Source of the DNA: Zygophlyctis sp. KS116
Taxonomy: Eukaryota; Fungi; Chytridiomycota
DNA: 32,000 nt
Assembly (NCBI GenBank): GCA_054661495.1
Contig: BAAFSQ010000075.1
Span: 8,090 to 40,089 of the forward strand
Reading direction: 5' to 3'
Below, one piece after another: positions 11,768 through 23,753 of this stretch. Below the pieces are notes generated by a model. The model did no database searches. It saw only the letters and a program-made list of their open reading frames with translations, and was not told the origin of the DNA. Numbering within the stretch: the stretch's first letter is position 1; each line of letters starts with the position of its first letter. A program made the position numbers and the translations under genes.

Positions 11768-12037
11768 TTATTTAGAGTGTTTAGCCAAATATTCCACAGC
11801 TTCATTTTTCAAGATTTGTTGTTCAGTCGCTAATTTGACATTTGAGACTATTTTATCCCATTTACCCTGAGGATCTAGAATTAATTAAATAAACTTACGA
11901 TCCATCATTTTTGTATGAGCAAAGGAAAACAAGAACCAGATGGTAGAGCCTGAAATCATAAATGGAAAGTAGAGCTTGAGAAATGGTGCCGGATATACTC
12001 GTTGGCCTAAAAAGGTCTTGAAATGCGTCGCAGTCAT
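11768..12037 (-). CDS. ATP18: Mitochondrial ATP synthase subunit j (Atp18)-like, 81 aa, absent from the ORF track
   Basis: One 24-nt intron (11875-11898). Product MTATHFKTFLGQRVYPAPFLKLYFPFMISGSTIWFLFSFAHTKMMDHPQGKW... resembles the subunit j pattern (FPxPxLKxYWPF followed by a TM helix). Confidence 0.65.
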
Positions 12038-12113
12038 TCCTTGATTTCTTTTTTTTCAGTAAAAATTGGTCGCGTTTTCAAAGAAATTGTCAAAATCTCA
12101 AATTTATTCAAAC

Positions 12114-13875
12114 TTAGGACTTTGGTCCAGCAGCAAGAACATCAGCAGAGGCCTTGTCAGCATAATTCTTGAAATTCTCAATGAATAAGCCTGCCAGTTT
12201 GTTTAAAGTGGCACGGTAAGAAGCTTCGGTACCAGTCCAGGTTTTAGCAGGCTAGAAATAAAATTATAAAAAATTACATTTAAAATATCACTGGGAACTC
12301 CAGGACAAGTCTTGGGGATTTGAAGTCCAAACTTATCATAAGTCTCATACTCAACTTTAGCAAGTTCTCCAGAATGGATTGCATCAATTATAGCACGAGA
12401 ATATTTCAGAGAAATACGTTTGCCTACTCCATAAGCTCCACCATTCCATCCAGTGTTAATAAGCCAGGCATCAGCAGCATGATGTTGCATCTTATCTGCC
12501 AACATGGTCGCATATTTTACTGGATGCCAAACTAAGAAAGGTGCTCCAAAGCAAGTACTTTAAAGTTACTCAAACAATATCTTACGAAAAGGTGGCACTA
12601 GGCTCAGTGACTCCTTCTTCAGTTCCAGCAACTTTAGCAGTATAACCAGAAATAAAGTGATACATAGCTTGTGAAGGAGTAAGCTTAGATACTGGAGGCA
12701 ATACTCCAAAGGCATCACAAGTAAGCATGATGATGTTGGAAGGGTGCCCCCCAACACATGGGATCTTGGCATTTGGAATAAACTCGATAGGATAGGCACA
12801 TCGAGTATTTTCAGTAAGAGAAGAATTGGAATAATCTACAATTCTGCTACTAGGATTATAGACTACATTCTCCACTACAGACCCAAATCTAATTGCATTG
12901 AAAATTTCTGGCTCTTTTTCTGCAGAAAGATCAATGCATTTTGCATAACATCCACCTTCAATGTTGAAAATCCCATTCTCAGACCAACAGTGTTCGTCAT
13001 CACCAATCAAATGTCTATGAGGGTCAGCAGATAATGTTGTTTTTCCAGTTCCAGAAAGACCAAAAAAGAGAGAAACACCATTTTCTCCTTCATTGGCTGA
13101 AGAATGAAGTGATAAGACTCCAGTCTTTGGCATCAAATAGTGCATCACGGTAAAAATTCTAAGATTTAGCCACTTATATAATTACCCCTTTTTCATTTCC
13201 CCGGCATATTGAGTGCCCAAAATCACCATTTCTCTACGTTTAAAATTGAGAGATACAGATGTGGTAGAAGTCATTCCAGTAGTATATCTATTGGCTGGAA
13301 ACTCACCAGCATTGAAAATGGTAAAATCCGGTGTTCCAAACTTTTCTAATTCATCATTGGTTGGTCTAATAAGCATATTTCTCATAAAGAGTGCATGATA
13401 TGCTCTAGCACAGACAACACGAACTTTAATTCGATAATTGGGATCCCATCCAGCAAACCCATCAAAGACATACAATCTATCACGAGTATTCAAGTAGTCA
13501 ATAGCTCTTTCTCTATTCACCATGAAAGAGTTTTCAGACATTTTAGTGTTTACAGGGCCCCACTGACCTTTTACAGAATGTCAAACTTACCCAAATATCT
13601 TCAACCGACGAAGCCTCTTCTACTATCCGTTTATCCTTTGGACTTCTTCCCTTTTTCGCACCAGAGTCAGTTGCTAATGCTCCAGAAGCAGTAATTGCAG
13701 TTCCTCGCTCATAAGCAATAGCTTGCTCATACAATACAGGGACAGAAGCATTTCTCAAGATAGGTTTTGTATAATCAACTCGACATTCCTTGTGAAGAGC
13801 TTCATGGATTTCATCACTAGTATATTGACAGATGTTGACTTACTGGTGCTCTACTAGAGACGATGAAGACGACAT
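12114..13875 (-). CDS. PCK1: Phosphoenolpyruvate carboxykinase (ATP), ~541 aa
   Basis: [64 protein letters not shown]. Introns 13817-13843, 13563-13590, 13159-13185, 12558-12585, 12252-12277. Confidence 0.97.
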
Positions 13876-13973
13876 TTTTCAGTTTTATCAAAACGCGACA
13901 CGCGTAAGCATTTTATTGGACGCCGGTGCACAATTCAATTTATTCTTTTTACTATATCTAGACAACCTTGTTT

Positions 13974-14819
13974 TTAGTCAATCTTAAATTTCTGGACAGG
14001 ATTAGTTTGACCACCTAAAAGTCCATATATAGCAGCCATTATGGATCCAATTATGTAAGCAACAAAATATAGTGTAATAATCACCAATGATCCAATCACA
14101 AAAACAATCCCTCCAACTACAGCTGAAATAAACTGAAAAACTTTTAGTAGAGGTGATTTTTTAGGTAGCCCTTGATTTTCCCCATAAGAAGATAAAGATT
14201 TAGTAATAGCTTCAGATCCTAAAAGTATACTTTGCGGCAACGAACAAGATTCTTGAGATCTTGGAAAAGATTTGTGGACAAATTTCTTAAACTTTTGAAT
14301 CTTTTCTAGAACAGTATTCTCTAATCCCTTCCATACATGAATCACTGATTGAACCCATCTTGGCAATATTTTACTAAAACGTGCCAAATGATCTGCCAGA
14401 GTCTCTTCCCATTTGTCCTTTACTGCTTCAGAACATTCATATTTTTCTTCATCAGAGACTTGTCCATATGCCGATCTATTTTGTTTGAATCTGTTGACTA
14501 TTATTCTTAAATCGTCTTCAAAAGCTCTAGTTAGATTCTCTTTAAAGCCAGATATTTTATCTCTCAATTCCTTGGACACTATAGCATGACGTTTCAATAG
14601 TAGAATAGAATCCAATTTCTCCATTGATTGTGCAATTGCTAAACTCAAGTTTCCCTTTACCATATCCATTAAATGGTTAAATCCATCATCATTTTTAACA
14701 ATAGATCCTTGAGTGATCAAACCACTTTCTGCCAAATGAAGATCGCTTTCAGAAAGTATATTATTGCTAGAAACAACTCCACAGATCAAGAAAGATAGGA
14801 CGGTTAGCAGAAACTTCAT
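13974..14819 (-). CDS. Hypothetical protein with N-terminal signal peptide, helical middle region and C-terminal hydrophobic segments
   Basis: Intronless 281-aa ORF. MKFLLTVLSFLICGVVS is signal-like, with a long hydrophobic stretch VFQFISAVVGGIVFVIGSLVIITLYFVAYIIGSIMAAIYGLL near the end. Confidence 0.7.
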   Translation of the reverse strand: MKFLLTVLSFLICGVVSSNNILSESDLHLAESGLITQGSIVKNDDGFNHLMDMVKGNLSLAIAQSMEKLDSILLLKRHAIVSKELRDKISGFKENLTRAFEDDLRIIVNRFKQNRSAYGQVSDEEKYECSEAVKDKWEETLADHLARFSKILPRWVQSVIHVWKGLENTVLEKIQKFKKFVHKSFPRSQESCSLPQSILLGSEAITKSLSSYGENQGLPKKSPLLKVFQFISAVVGGIVFVIGSLVIITLYFVAYIIGSIMAAIYGLLGGQTNPVQKFKID

Positions 14820-15178
14820 TTTTTAAACTGATGATCTGTCAAAGCAATTGTGGGCAAGTGATTCAAAGCATTAAGCTGCGTAGATTTTGCAATTTGTAAA
14901 TATTATCTGTATGACTTGTGATACTAAAATACTTTTCTAAATTTAAATCAGCATTCATTAAATCCAGTATACCACTGCTCATTCAAAACTACGGAGAAAT
15001 CTAACCGACTTATCCCTAAAAACGACATGATCGTGGATCGGATTGCATTTAGACTATAGAGCATTAAAGAATTAAATATATGCACAATAGATCGGCTAAG
15101 AAGCATGTCGTTCAGATACATAATGCATCATATATCTGCAAATTCAAAGACTGAGCGTTTAGGAGCTGAAGTGAAGAA

Positions 15179-16359
15179 ATGTCGTCAATCTTGGAAAAGA
15201 TCAAGGATATAGAAAATGAAATGGCCAAGACCCAGAAAAACAAGGCCACATCTCATCATTTAGGTATCTTAAAGGCAAAGCTAGCAAAATTAAGGAGAGA
15301 GGTATTTAATTGTGGGTTAATGTTAGTTGCTCACTCCGACATCATCAGGAGGAGGACCGGGAGTTGGATTCGATGTGGCAAAAACAGGTGTAGCTAGAAT
15401 CGGATTTGTTGGATTTCCTGTAATAATGCATTCTTAAATTTTAGTCTGTTGGAAAATCAACTCTTATGTCCAAGTTAACAGGAACACATTCAGAAGTTGG
15501 GGCTTATGAATTCACTACTCTTACGACTGTGCCAGGTGTTATACAATACAAAGGAGCTAAAATTCAAATGCTTGATCTCCCTGGGATTATAGAAGGGGCA
15601 AAGGATGGGAAAGGTAGAGGACGACAAGTTATTGCAGTAGCTAGAACATGTTCTCTTATTTTCATTGTTTTAGATGTTTTAAAGCCTTTAGGGGATAAAA
15701 AGGTTATAGAAAGAGAATTGGAAGGATTTGGAATTAGACTTAACAAGAAGCCACCAGCTATAACCTTTCGCAAAAAAGAAAAAGGTGGAATAAACATGAC
15801 AAGTCAGGTTGCATTGAGTCATCTAAGTCAAGACTCTGTAAAGGCTATTTTAAGTGAATATAAAATACACAATGCAGATATCTCTTTTAGATGTGATGCT
15901 ACTGCTGATGAGCTAATTGATGTTTTGGAAGGGTATATATTTTTTTTCTAATGTTTTAGAAATCGTATATACATTCCTTGTATTTACGTACTAAACAAGA
16001 TTGATCAAATTTCAATCCAAGAATTAGATATTATTTACAAAATTCCACATTCTATACCTATTTCTAGTCATCATGAATGGAATTTTGATGATTTGTTGGC
16101 CAAAATGTGGAGTTATCTGGATCTAGCTAGAATTTACACAAAGCCAAAAGGACAATTACCAGATTATACCCAACCTGTTGTTTTAAAGCGTGGATCATGC
16201 TCTGTTGAAGATTTTTGTAATTCTATCCACAAGCATATCCTCAAAGATTTTAGAAATGCTTTAGTTTGGGGAAGTTCAGTAAAGCATAATCCCCAAAAGG
16301 TTGGAAAGGAGCATATCTTGGAAGATGAGGACGTTGTCCAGATTCTTAAAAAGATTTAA
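15179..16359 (+). CDS. RBG1: Developmentally regulated GTP-binding protein DRG1/Rbg1, 367 aa
   Basis: GFVGFPSVGKST (after splicing), [20 protein letters not shown] and a C-terminal TGS domain. Introns 15302-15326, 15420-15444, 15933-15959. Confidence 0.96.
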
Positions 16360-16484
16360 TAGACTATTTTTTTAAAAAATCTATTTCTGACCCATTAAAC
16401 TATTCCCTCTTTTTAAAGATGATAGAGCTGTTAAATTTATAATAAAGTGTTGGAATTTGATACATTCTCATTACATACCAAGAA

Positions 16485-17111
16485 TTATTTATCCTTTCCT
16501 CGCATTTGAGTCATCCCAAATAGCCATTTTTGGTAAAGAGCAGCAGTGAGATTAACCCTCGGTTCTTTCATCAACTCTTCTAAAATTTCATAATGTCCAT
16601 TTTTAGCCGCAAATCTTACAGCCTCATTATTAAGCGCAGCTGCATTAACTCTACGATCTTTTAGTAGCCTCTTAACAGTATTCAAATCACCATAACTAGC
16701 AGCTAATCTGATTGTAATATTCTTATCTATAGCCGGATCAACTCGATCATCCTCTAAAAGTACTCTAACTATATTAAAATGCTGTCCGTGAGCAGCCATT
16801 CTGAGAGCCTCACTTTCACATGCTGTCGGATCAACTCGAGAGTCCTTTAATAATCTCTCTACAATATCCACTTGACCATGACTGGCTGCTTGACGGATAG
16901 TAATATTATTCCCTATACTTGGATCTATTTCAGGATCTTTTAATAACTCTCTGACAGAGTCAAACTTTCCCTCTTCAGCTTGCTTGATGAGCCTTTTACC
17001 CAACGATTCCTGTTCCACTGCCCCTGGTTTTGATCTGCTTGATAATAACTTGGAATAAATAAGTGTCTGTAATTGATTCTTTCTAAATGCAAGTGATGAT
17101 CTGACAAACAT
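16485..17111 (-). CDS. Ankyrin-repeat protein with a mitochondrial-presequence-like N-terminus
   Basis: Four to five ~34-aa repeats of the form LLxDxRVDP...N.AIR.AA..GH. Arg/Ser/Leu-rich N-terminus with no acidic residues. Confidence 0.85.
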   Translation of the reverse strand: MFVRSSLAFRKNQLQTLIYSKLLSSRSKPGAVEQESLGKRLIKQAEEGKFDSVRELLKDPEIDPSIGNNITIRQAASHGQVDIVERLLKDSRVDPTACESEALRMAAHGQHFNIVRVLLEDDRVDPAIDKNITIRLAASYGDLNTVKRLLKDRRVNAAALNNEAVRFAAKNGHYEILEELMKEPRVNLTAALYQKWLFGMTQMRGKDK

Positions 17112-17164
17112 TCTCTTGATCTGTTTCTGCGCAAGTCTTAGGTGTATCCGACACTTAAGTAGAG

Positions 17165-17905
17165 ATGCGAATCACATTCTTGGATCATTTAAAGAGCTTA
17201 TCAAACAAAGTGTTGCAATTCAAGCCATTTATTGAATGGAAATCAAAGATAGAAAATCTAAACCAAATTGAAACCATGGAAATTATAGTCTCTGATGTTG
17301 ATTTGTTTGGTGATAAAGTTGGATTTGTGAAAGCAAAGGCAATCTCAAAATCTAAAGATTCTAATCATTTAATTCCTGGTATATCATTTTTAAGAGGAGG
17401 ATCTGTGTCTATACTTTGTATATTATATCCTACTCAAGATTGTCAAGAAGAACCTAGAGTTATTCTTACTCAACAGGCCCGTTTACCTATTGGATCAGGC
17501 AATTTACTGGAATTGCCTGCTGGAATGTTGGATGAATCAGGTGATTTCTCAGGAATCGCAGCCCAAGAATTAAAGGAAGAATGTGGACTTTTAATAGGTA
17601 GTGATCAATTAATAGACTTGACTGCGTTGGCTTTTGATTCAGAACAATGGATGTATCCAAGTGCGGGAGGTTGTGATGAATTTGTAAAATTATTTCTATA
17701 TAGAGAAAAGAAACCATTGACTGATATTCTTGCTCTAGAAAATCGTTTGACTGGATTGATTGAACACGGTGAGCGAATACATTTGCGTATTGTTAAACTA
17801 TCTCAAGTTTGGAAGATTACACGGGATGTTAAAGCACATTGTTCACTTTATTTATTAGATCAACTTCAAAGAGAAGGGATATTAAAAGAGTTTCTAAATG
17901 ATTAG
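17165..17905 (+). CDS. Nudix hydrolase (ADP-sugar pyrophosphatase / plant NUDX14-like)
   Basis: Nudix box ELPAGMLDESGDFSGIAAQELKEECG, plus VDLFGDKVGFVK, PGISFLRGGSV, YPSAGGCDE and TGLIEHGERIHLRIV. Confidence 0.88.
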   Translation: MRITFLDHLKSLSNKVLQFKPFIEWKSKIENLNQIETMEIIVSDVDLFGDKVGFVKAKAISKSKDSNHLIPGISFLRGGSVSILCILYPTQDCQEEPRVILTQQARLPIGSGNLLELPAGMLDESGDFSGIAAQELKEECGLLIGSDQLIDLTALAFDSEQWMYPSAGGCDEFVKLFLYREKKPLTDILALENRLTGLIEHGERIHLRIVKLSQVWKITRDVKAHCSLYLLDQLQREGILKEFLND

Positions 17906-17937
17906 ATCAAGTGAATTAGAGCCCTAAGTATTATAAG

Positions 17938-19112
17938 ATGACGGCGATAAACGATCCTGCTTTTGCTGTATCAGTCAGTGTTATTAAGCAATTTCTAAAA
18001 GATCAAGAAATGTTTGAGACTCTAAATAGTTTTGAGAAAGAATTATCGCAAAAGAATTTGGAATTTAATAATCTTGAAATCCCTTCACTTTTACAATTGA
18101 CTCAAGGATTCTTGGATTTGGAACTCAAGGAATGCATCAGCTCTAAAAATTCAACTATAGACAGATCGGTCGGATTTCCTGTTTTAAAAGATTCAATCAA
18201 GAGCTCTGCATCTGTGGTCTCATGTGTTTGCTCAGATTCAGCATTGGTAATCGGTTCAACGGACAAAGTTGTTCGCATTTACAAAGATTTTAACAATGAG
18301 CCGATACATCAAATTAAGCAAGATCAGGTGGTACTATGTATGGATATTTGTAATGATTTATTATTGACTAGTGGAATGGCGGGTCAAACTCAACTTTTTA
18401 ATCTAAAAACACTTGAAATCGTTTTCAAATTAAAAGATCATACAAAGTATGTTTCAAGCTGTGGATTTTCAAAAGATGGCAATATGTTTTATACTGGATC
18501 GCATGATGGATTTTTGAAAATTTACGATTTGGATCAGTCTGAACAAACTCAAAAGATGTCGCATTCTAAACAGTTCAAAGGTGCTATTGAAAGCTGTTGT
18601 ATGGCTGATGATGTATTGATATTTTATTTGATCATTAGTTGGTATATGTCTCTGTAAGAGGAGATTGCTTTATTCATGTGTTAAATTTAAAGGATTTTAC
18701 ATGCCTTGAAAGAAATATGAACAGCAATGGAGATGACTGGGTATCATTTACAGCTCTTCATTTGTCCATATCTCCTGATGGATCTAATCTCTTAATATTA
18801 ACAGATACGCCAGCTGGAAGGTTTTTAGTTTTCAATACGTTAACTTGGAAAAAGGTCGCAGATATTTGGGGTGGTCTTACTGTAGATCGCTTTTCTCATC
18901 CAAGGGGGATGTGGATTGACTCAAGACATTTTTGTATTGGAGATGATGACGGCTATTTATCGTTATGGAACGTAGATGAATCAAAACACATTGGGAAGAC
19001 TCGTGCTCATGAAGCAGCTATTAGAAGTTTTGCAAGATTTGGATCTTACTTATATGTAGGATCTTTTGATCATGGCGTTAGTTTATGGGATTTTAGAGAA
19101 AACGATGTATAA
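17938..19112 (+). CDS. LisH-like plus WD40-repeat protein, ~382 aa
   Basis: N-terminal IKQFLKDQEMFETLNSFEKE (LisH-like). WD repeats DHTKYVSSCGFS...TGSHDGFLKIYD and AHEAAIRS...VGSFDHGVSLWD. Intron 18613-18638. Confidence 0.8.
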
Positions 19113-19137
19113 CACATTATATTTTTTAAACAGGATC

Positions 19138-20027
19138 CTATTTCTTTTGAGGACTGAGAATTCCTTCTAATTGCGTCTGTTTCATAAAAAATTGTAACAT
19201 TAAATACCTTTAATTGCACATTTGTCTTTTTTAAGAATGCAATTTCTTCAGAGTGTTTTCTTTCTTCCATTGCCCTTCTTTCTCCTTCACGTTTCTCAAT
19301 AGCCTCACATTTTGTTTTCAATTCTAGAACCTGCTGATCAAGCCCCTTTTTCTCTTCTTCAAGTTCTTTGATCTAAAAATATTAATAAAAAATATTATAC
19401 TCTTGCTTCCATATCTGCCTTTCCTTGTTCAGCTTGTAGAGCCTTTCTCATACCAAATGCCACGCTGCTTTCATACAATGTTTGATAAGCAGCGATGGAC
19501 ATTCGAATCTCATCTCTGATTCTAAGAAGGAGAAGTCCTCGCTCCTGGCATGATATTGTCACTTGGCGAATCAGTTCATCTATTGATTAACCTTTCACGA
19601 TCTTACCAAAAGCCTGACCATACAGTTCTCTGCGGACTGGGCAAATTCCTGTTTCTCGAGCCTGTCTCTTTTGAAGCATTTGATCTAATTGTTCCTATAA
19701 TTACACAGATCTGATAATACCTGGAGGTTAATCACATCTAAACGCGTTGCTGGAGTTGACGAAACTTTCTGGACCCAAAGTTGCCCTGTTTCTTCCCATT
19801 CGCTAATCACATCATGGATTATAATCATACCGAGGAGGCAAAATAGAATTCAGAATATCTTCTGTCTGAGTTGGACTTTTTGGTCTGGTCTTATCTTCAA
19901 CCGGCGGAAGTTTTTTTGGTGCTTTCTTGTTATCAGCAGCTCTCACAGAACCAGTCTTTGATGCATCGGTTCGAGACACTAGTACTGGATTGTCATATTT
20001 AATTAGAGATGCAGAAGTTTGTATCAT
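19138..20027 (-). CDS. DNALI1: Axonemal inner-arm dynein light intermediate chain p28/DNALI1, ~249 aa
   Basis: SLIKYDNPVLVS, TEDILNSILPPREWEE, STPATRLDV, RQARETGICPVRRELY, DELIRQVTISCQERGLLLLRIRDE, LYESSVAFGMRKALQAEQGK. Introns 19803-19830, 19695-19720, 19580-19606, 19373-19400, 19177-19207. Confidence 0.96.
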
Positions 20028-20096
20028 TTTAGAAATGACGTTTCCTCAAGAAATTCCCGATTTCAACTCAAAGAGAAAATGCAATATTCTAAAAAT

Positions 20097-21958
20097 TTAT
20101 AAATTTAACTGCCTCCTTATATTAAGTACTTCAAGCATTGATGATGCATGTTCTTGTTCCATCTGATCTAAATCTTGCAGATGAGGGATTTGTTTCTGAG
20201 GGATAACGGGCAGATCTACACCCGTTTTAATATTTACTTTTATCGGTTTTTTAATTGATTGGGCATATTCCTTCATTCTATTCCTTTTTTCTATTCCTTT
20301 GGCAGCCTCCTGTGCGGAATAATTGGTATGAATTTGTGGGAGAATTATTTGTCCGCTTCCTGATGAAGGTCGACTTAAACTTTTCTGATGCATTTTTTCC
20401 GACAAGGTTTTTCTTAATTGTTCTGCATATTCAAGCTGTCTATTTTTTCTCTCGAGCTATATGTTATATTCTAAGAACTGATTACCTGTGCTCTATAACT
20501 ATCACTATCTTTGTCAGGGCCTAATCTACCCAATTTAACAGGAATGAATTTGTTCTTTGTCTTTGAAATGGACGAAGACCTATCCATGGACATGATTGAA
20601 GATCCTGGTCGACTTGAAAAAATACAACTATGAGCAACAGAATCCACCGGGGAACTATTACGATTGTAGCATATGGGGCTAGCTGTATTAGTATTATATG
20701 AAACATTTTTGTTTGGGATTAACGAGTACTGGTGGTATTCATTTGAATCTAATTATTATTGGCGCTTTGAATTACATTTAATTGTTCTATTATTTGAGAG
20801 TGGTGTTTTATCTATTTCAGATGAACTATTAGTTTCCGAATGATTAAATGAATTTAAAATGATATTTGAGATGATATTTGGTTCAGATTTAGAGCGATCT
20901 TGTAATAAATTCTTCGACTGTAGGCTTTTTTGAATTTGAAAAGGGGTAAGAGCTGTTTTAGCGGCATTTTTTGCGCTGAAAACATTTGATATTGTGTCCC
21001 GAGCAGAACTTTTCTCAGCAGAATTTGTCATTTGCCTTTGATGTGGTATGAAAGGTAATATTTTCTTCGCATAAGTACTTCCTGAAGTAGTCTCTCTAGA
21101 ATTTTCCAAAATTTGAATAGATGCTTCCTGTACCAATTCATCTTCAAATGACTTTTTCTGAATATCATTCTGGTTACAGAGAATCTGTTTTGGCGGAGAT
21201 ATGTCGTACAGTCTTAGTATTTCAGGTGATATAACTCTTTTCTTAAAAGAAGATGAATGGCAGTGGTTTAAAGCCGGGGAAATTAAGTTTGAAACTTTTA
21301 AAAGCAATTCAACTGTCCACTCTATACCCGGATATATATGTTCAGCAACTAATAGTTCCATTTGAGATGCAACAGAGTCATTGTTCAATGGATTAGTATC
21401 AGAATCATCCGGATCTGTTGCAGAGAAATCTTGGCGGATCGCTTTATCGTTTAGATCATCATTATCAGTTTCTTTGCAAATTTCATCATTCGAAATTTCT
21501 TGTGAAATTAACACAGGTTGATCATTGGAGACGCCTTCTTTTTTCCTAAATATCATCATACTCAAAATTACCGGGGTATATTAGGCCTTTGTTGAATATT
21601 TTGGTCATTATTGACTTTCGAAAGAGTTGCCTTTAAAGTTTCAATGTTTATATTTTCTGTTGATAAAGATGATGATTTAAATTGCTGGGCAGTTTTGATG
21701 ATGGCCTCGTTTGTTAAATTATTTGATATTTCTCTAGATTTTCTATCCCATAGCTTCACTTTACGTTTATCTTTCCATTTTCTAGTAATTAAAGGAATTT
21801 CCCTTGATCTCAAAGACTTGATCAGTTGATTTTTTCCAAGATCATCATTGGCAATCTTATGAACTGTTCCATCTTTTCCGGTAATCTTGGCTTTAGATCC
21901 TAACTATTGATTTAACATTAAAACGATTTACCCTCTCAAGAAAATTGGAATTGCTCAT
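20097..21958 (-). CDS. JHY-like ciliary protein, mostly disordered, ~583 aa
   Basis: Introns 21904-21931, 21546-21571, 20749-20775 and 20457-20485 give one ORF. Its C-terminus PVKLGRLGPD...KNRQLEYAEQLRK...RMKEYAQSIKKP...EQEH resembles my recollection of the JHY motifs (KLGGLGPD, QKEYAKQV, ALEYAKTIPKP). Confidence 0.6.
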
Positions 21959-22021
21959 ACTAAACGGAGATTTAGCAACAAATGTTCCGTATTTATTCTT
22001 TGGTTAATTAAATGATCTAAA

Positions 22022-23753
22022 CTAACGGATCGCTAATTTAGATGTCGCGATTGCTAAATCTTCATCTTCAATCTTCTTTTTCGCTTTTGGCTTTGCCTCA
22101 AATGTTTTCCAAAACTTTAAACTTTCATCAGCTGCGCAAGTCGCCAATGTCTGACCGTCTGGGGACAATGAACTGTGAAGAATTCTAGTATCATGGCCTT
22201 CTAAATCTGCTACTTTGTTTAGAGATGGATATGACCATATTGTTAGATGGTTATTAGGGAATCCATGAGTAGAAACAAGCTCTTTATATTCTCTTGACCA
22301 CTGAAGAGACGTTACTTGCGACTCTGTAAGGATTGATGCGATTTTCCCACTAGTCGAAGTATTCCAAAAATTAATAGTTTTATCATTTGAACCTCCTCCT
22401 GTACAGAGAAGATTAAGTTGCCATGGGCACCAAGCAATCGCCTAGATATTCATTCTAACTTTATTATACCTTTACAGCAGCTGTATGATTTCCTTTAGTC
22501 ATTTTGGGCTGAGATGATCTAGCATCCCAAATATTTACTAAATTATCATTTCCTCCACTTGCTAAAAGCTGACCATCTGGTCTCCATTTTAATCCACAAA
22601 CTTCAGCCGTATGCCCACTAAATTCTCAAGATAAAGAAATTACATTAATTCACTAACCTTGTGTCTTGCAATACGTACATCATGATTCCAAATACTCCCA
22701 TCTCTAGATCCAGAAGAGACAATATGTTTATCCCATGATAATACTCCTACTCTAGTAGCTCTTCCTTTCATTGATCTTATTTTTGATCCAGAATCAACAT
22801 CCCATATCTGTGTATCCCCTGAATTTAATCCTACTGCTAGATATGATCCATCTGTTGTCCATTGTAAAGATGTAATTGGATCGGTCTCAACAGAAGATAA
22901 AAATTCCTGAACTGCTCCAGAATTCGCATCCCATAAATAAACAGTATTTTCTAATCCTACAGCTAATAAATTTCTCTGAGACCAATCCAAAAGATTAAGA
23001 TAATAATCATCCCTATATATTAGAAACCAATAAATTAGATCTTACACCATCCCTGGTGCATCCAAAACTCTTTCAGCCGAAGCTGGAATTTTTCGTTTTG
23101 CATTTTTGCTGTTTGGACCTTTTAATGGCCTATTCCATGTAGTTCTCAAATCTTCTTTTTTTGCCATTGGAGGCTGATCTTTAAATGCCAAAATACGTTG
23201 ATCTAAAGCCAATCCACACGCTTTAGCCATTTCCTCTTGATAAGTAAGAGTATCTACATCCAAATGTTTTGATTGACCATGGTCTAATAAATTAAATTGC
23301 GAAGAGACCATATCCATAATTTGACGATTTGGAATAAATCGATCATACTATTTTTTTACAAATACTGTATACCTTTTTCTGCTCTGATTTTTTCTTACAA
23401 GGCGAGTCTGATGCAATAGGACCAATTGCCTCTTTCTTTAAATTAGATTTTTTAGGTGTATTAGATCTCTTATCAAGAATCTTTTGACTTAATGGAGATA
23501 ACACTTGAGAAGTTCGCGTCCTTGTCTCCTTGGAACCACTTGATACAGTTTTTGACGGTGAGCCTGTAATATGAACAGTCTTTTGAAGTGGTGATATATT
23601 ATTTTTACGTAATGGGGAATTCGCAACCTTTTTATCAAGCGGCGAACCTGTTCTGTTGAGTCTACGAGGTGTTTTCGCCAATGCATGCTGGACAGACTTT
23701 TGCCACATTGGAGACAGTCCTTGGATTGGAGACTTTGACTTTGGAGTATTCAT
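22022..23753 (-). CDS. CDC20: APC/C activator Cdc20/Fizzy/Slp1, ~539 aa
   Basis: C-box DRFIPNR, RILAF motif, [20 protein letters not shown], WD40 propeller and C-terminal IR tail (KLAIR*). Introns 23348-23372, 23013-23045, 22618-22643, 22442-22469. Confidence 0.95.

Noticed and set aside
20038-20056. RFX X-box upstream of DNALI1 (and GTTGCTA upstream of the JHY-like gene)
   Set aside because: Only half-site matches, too weak to call.
22023-22028. TAACGG Myb-like site
   Set aside because: It is the coding sequence of the Cdc20 IR tail and stop codon.
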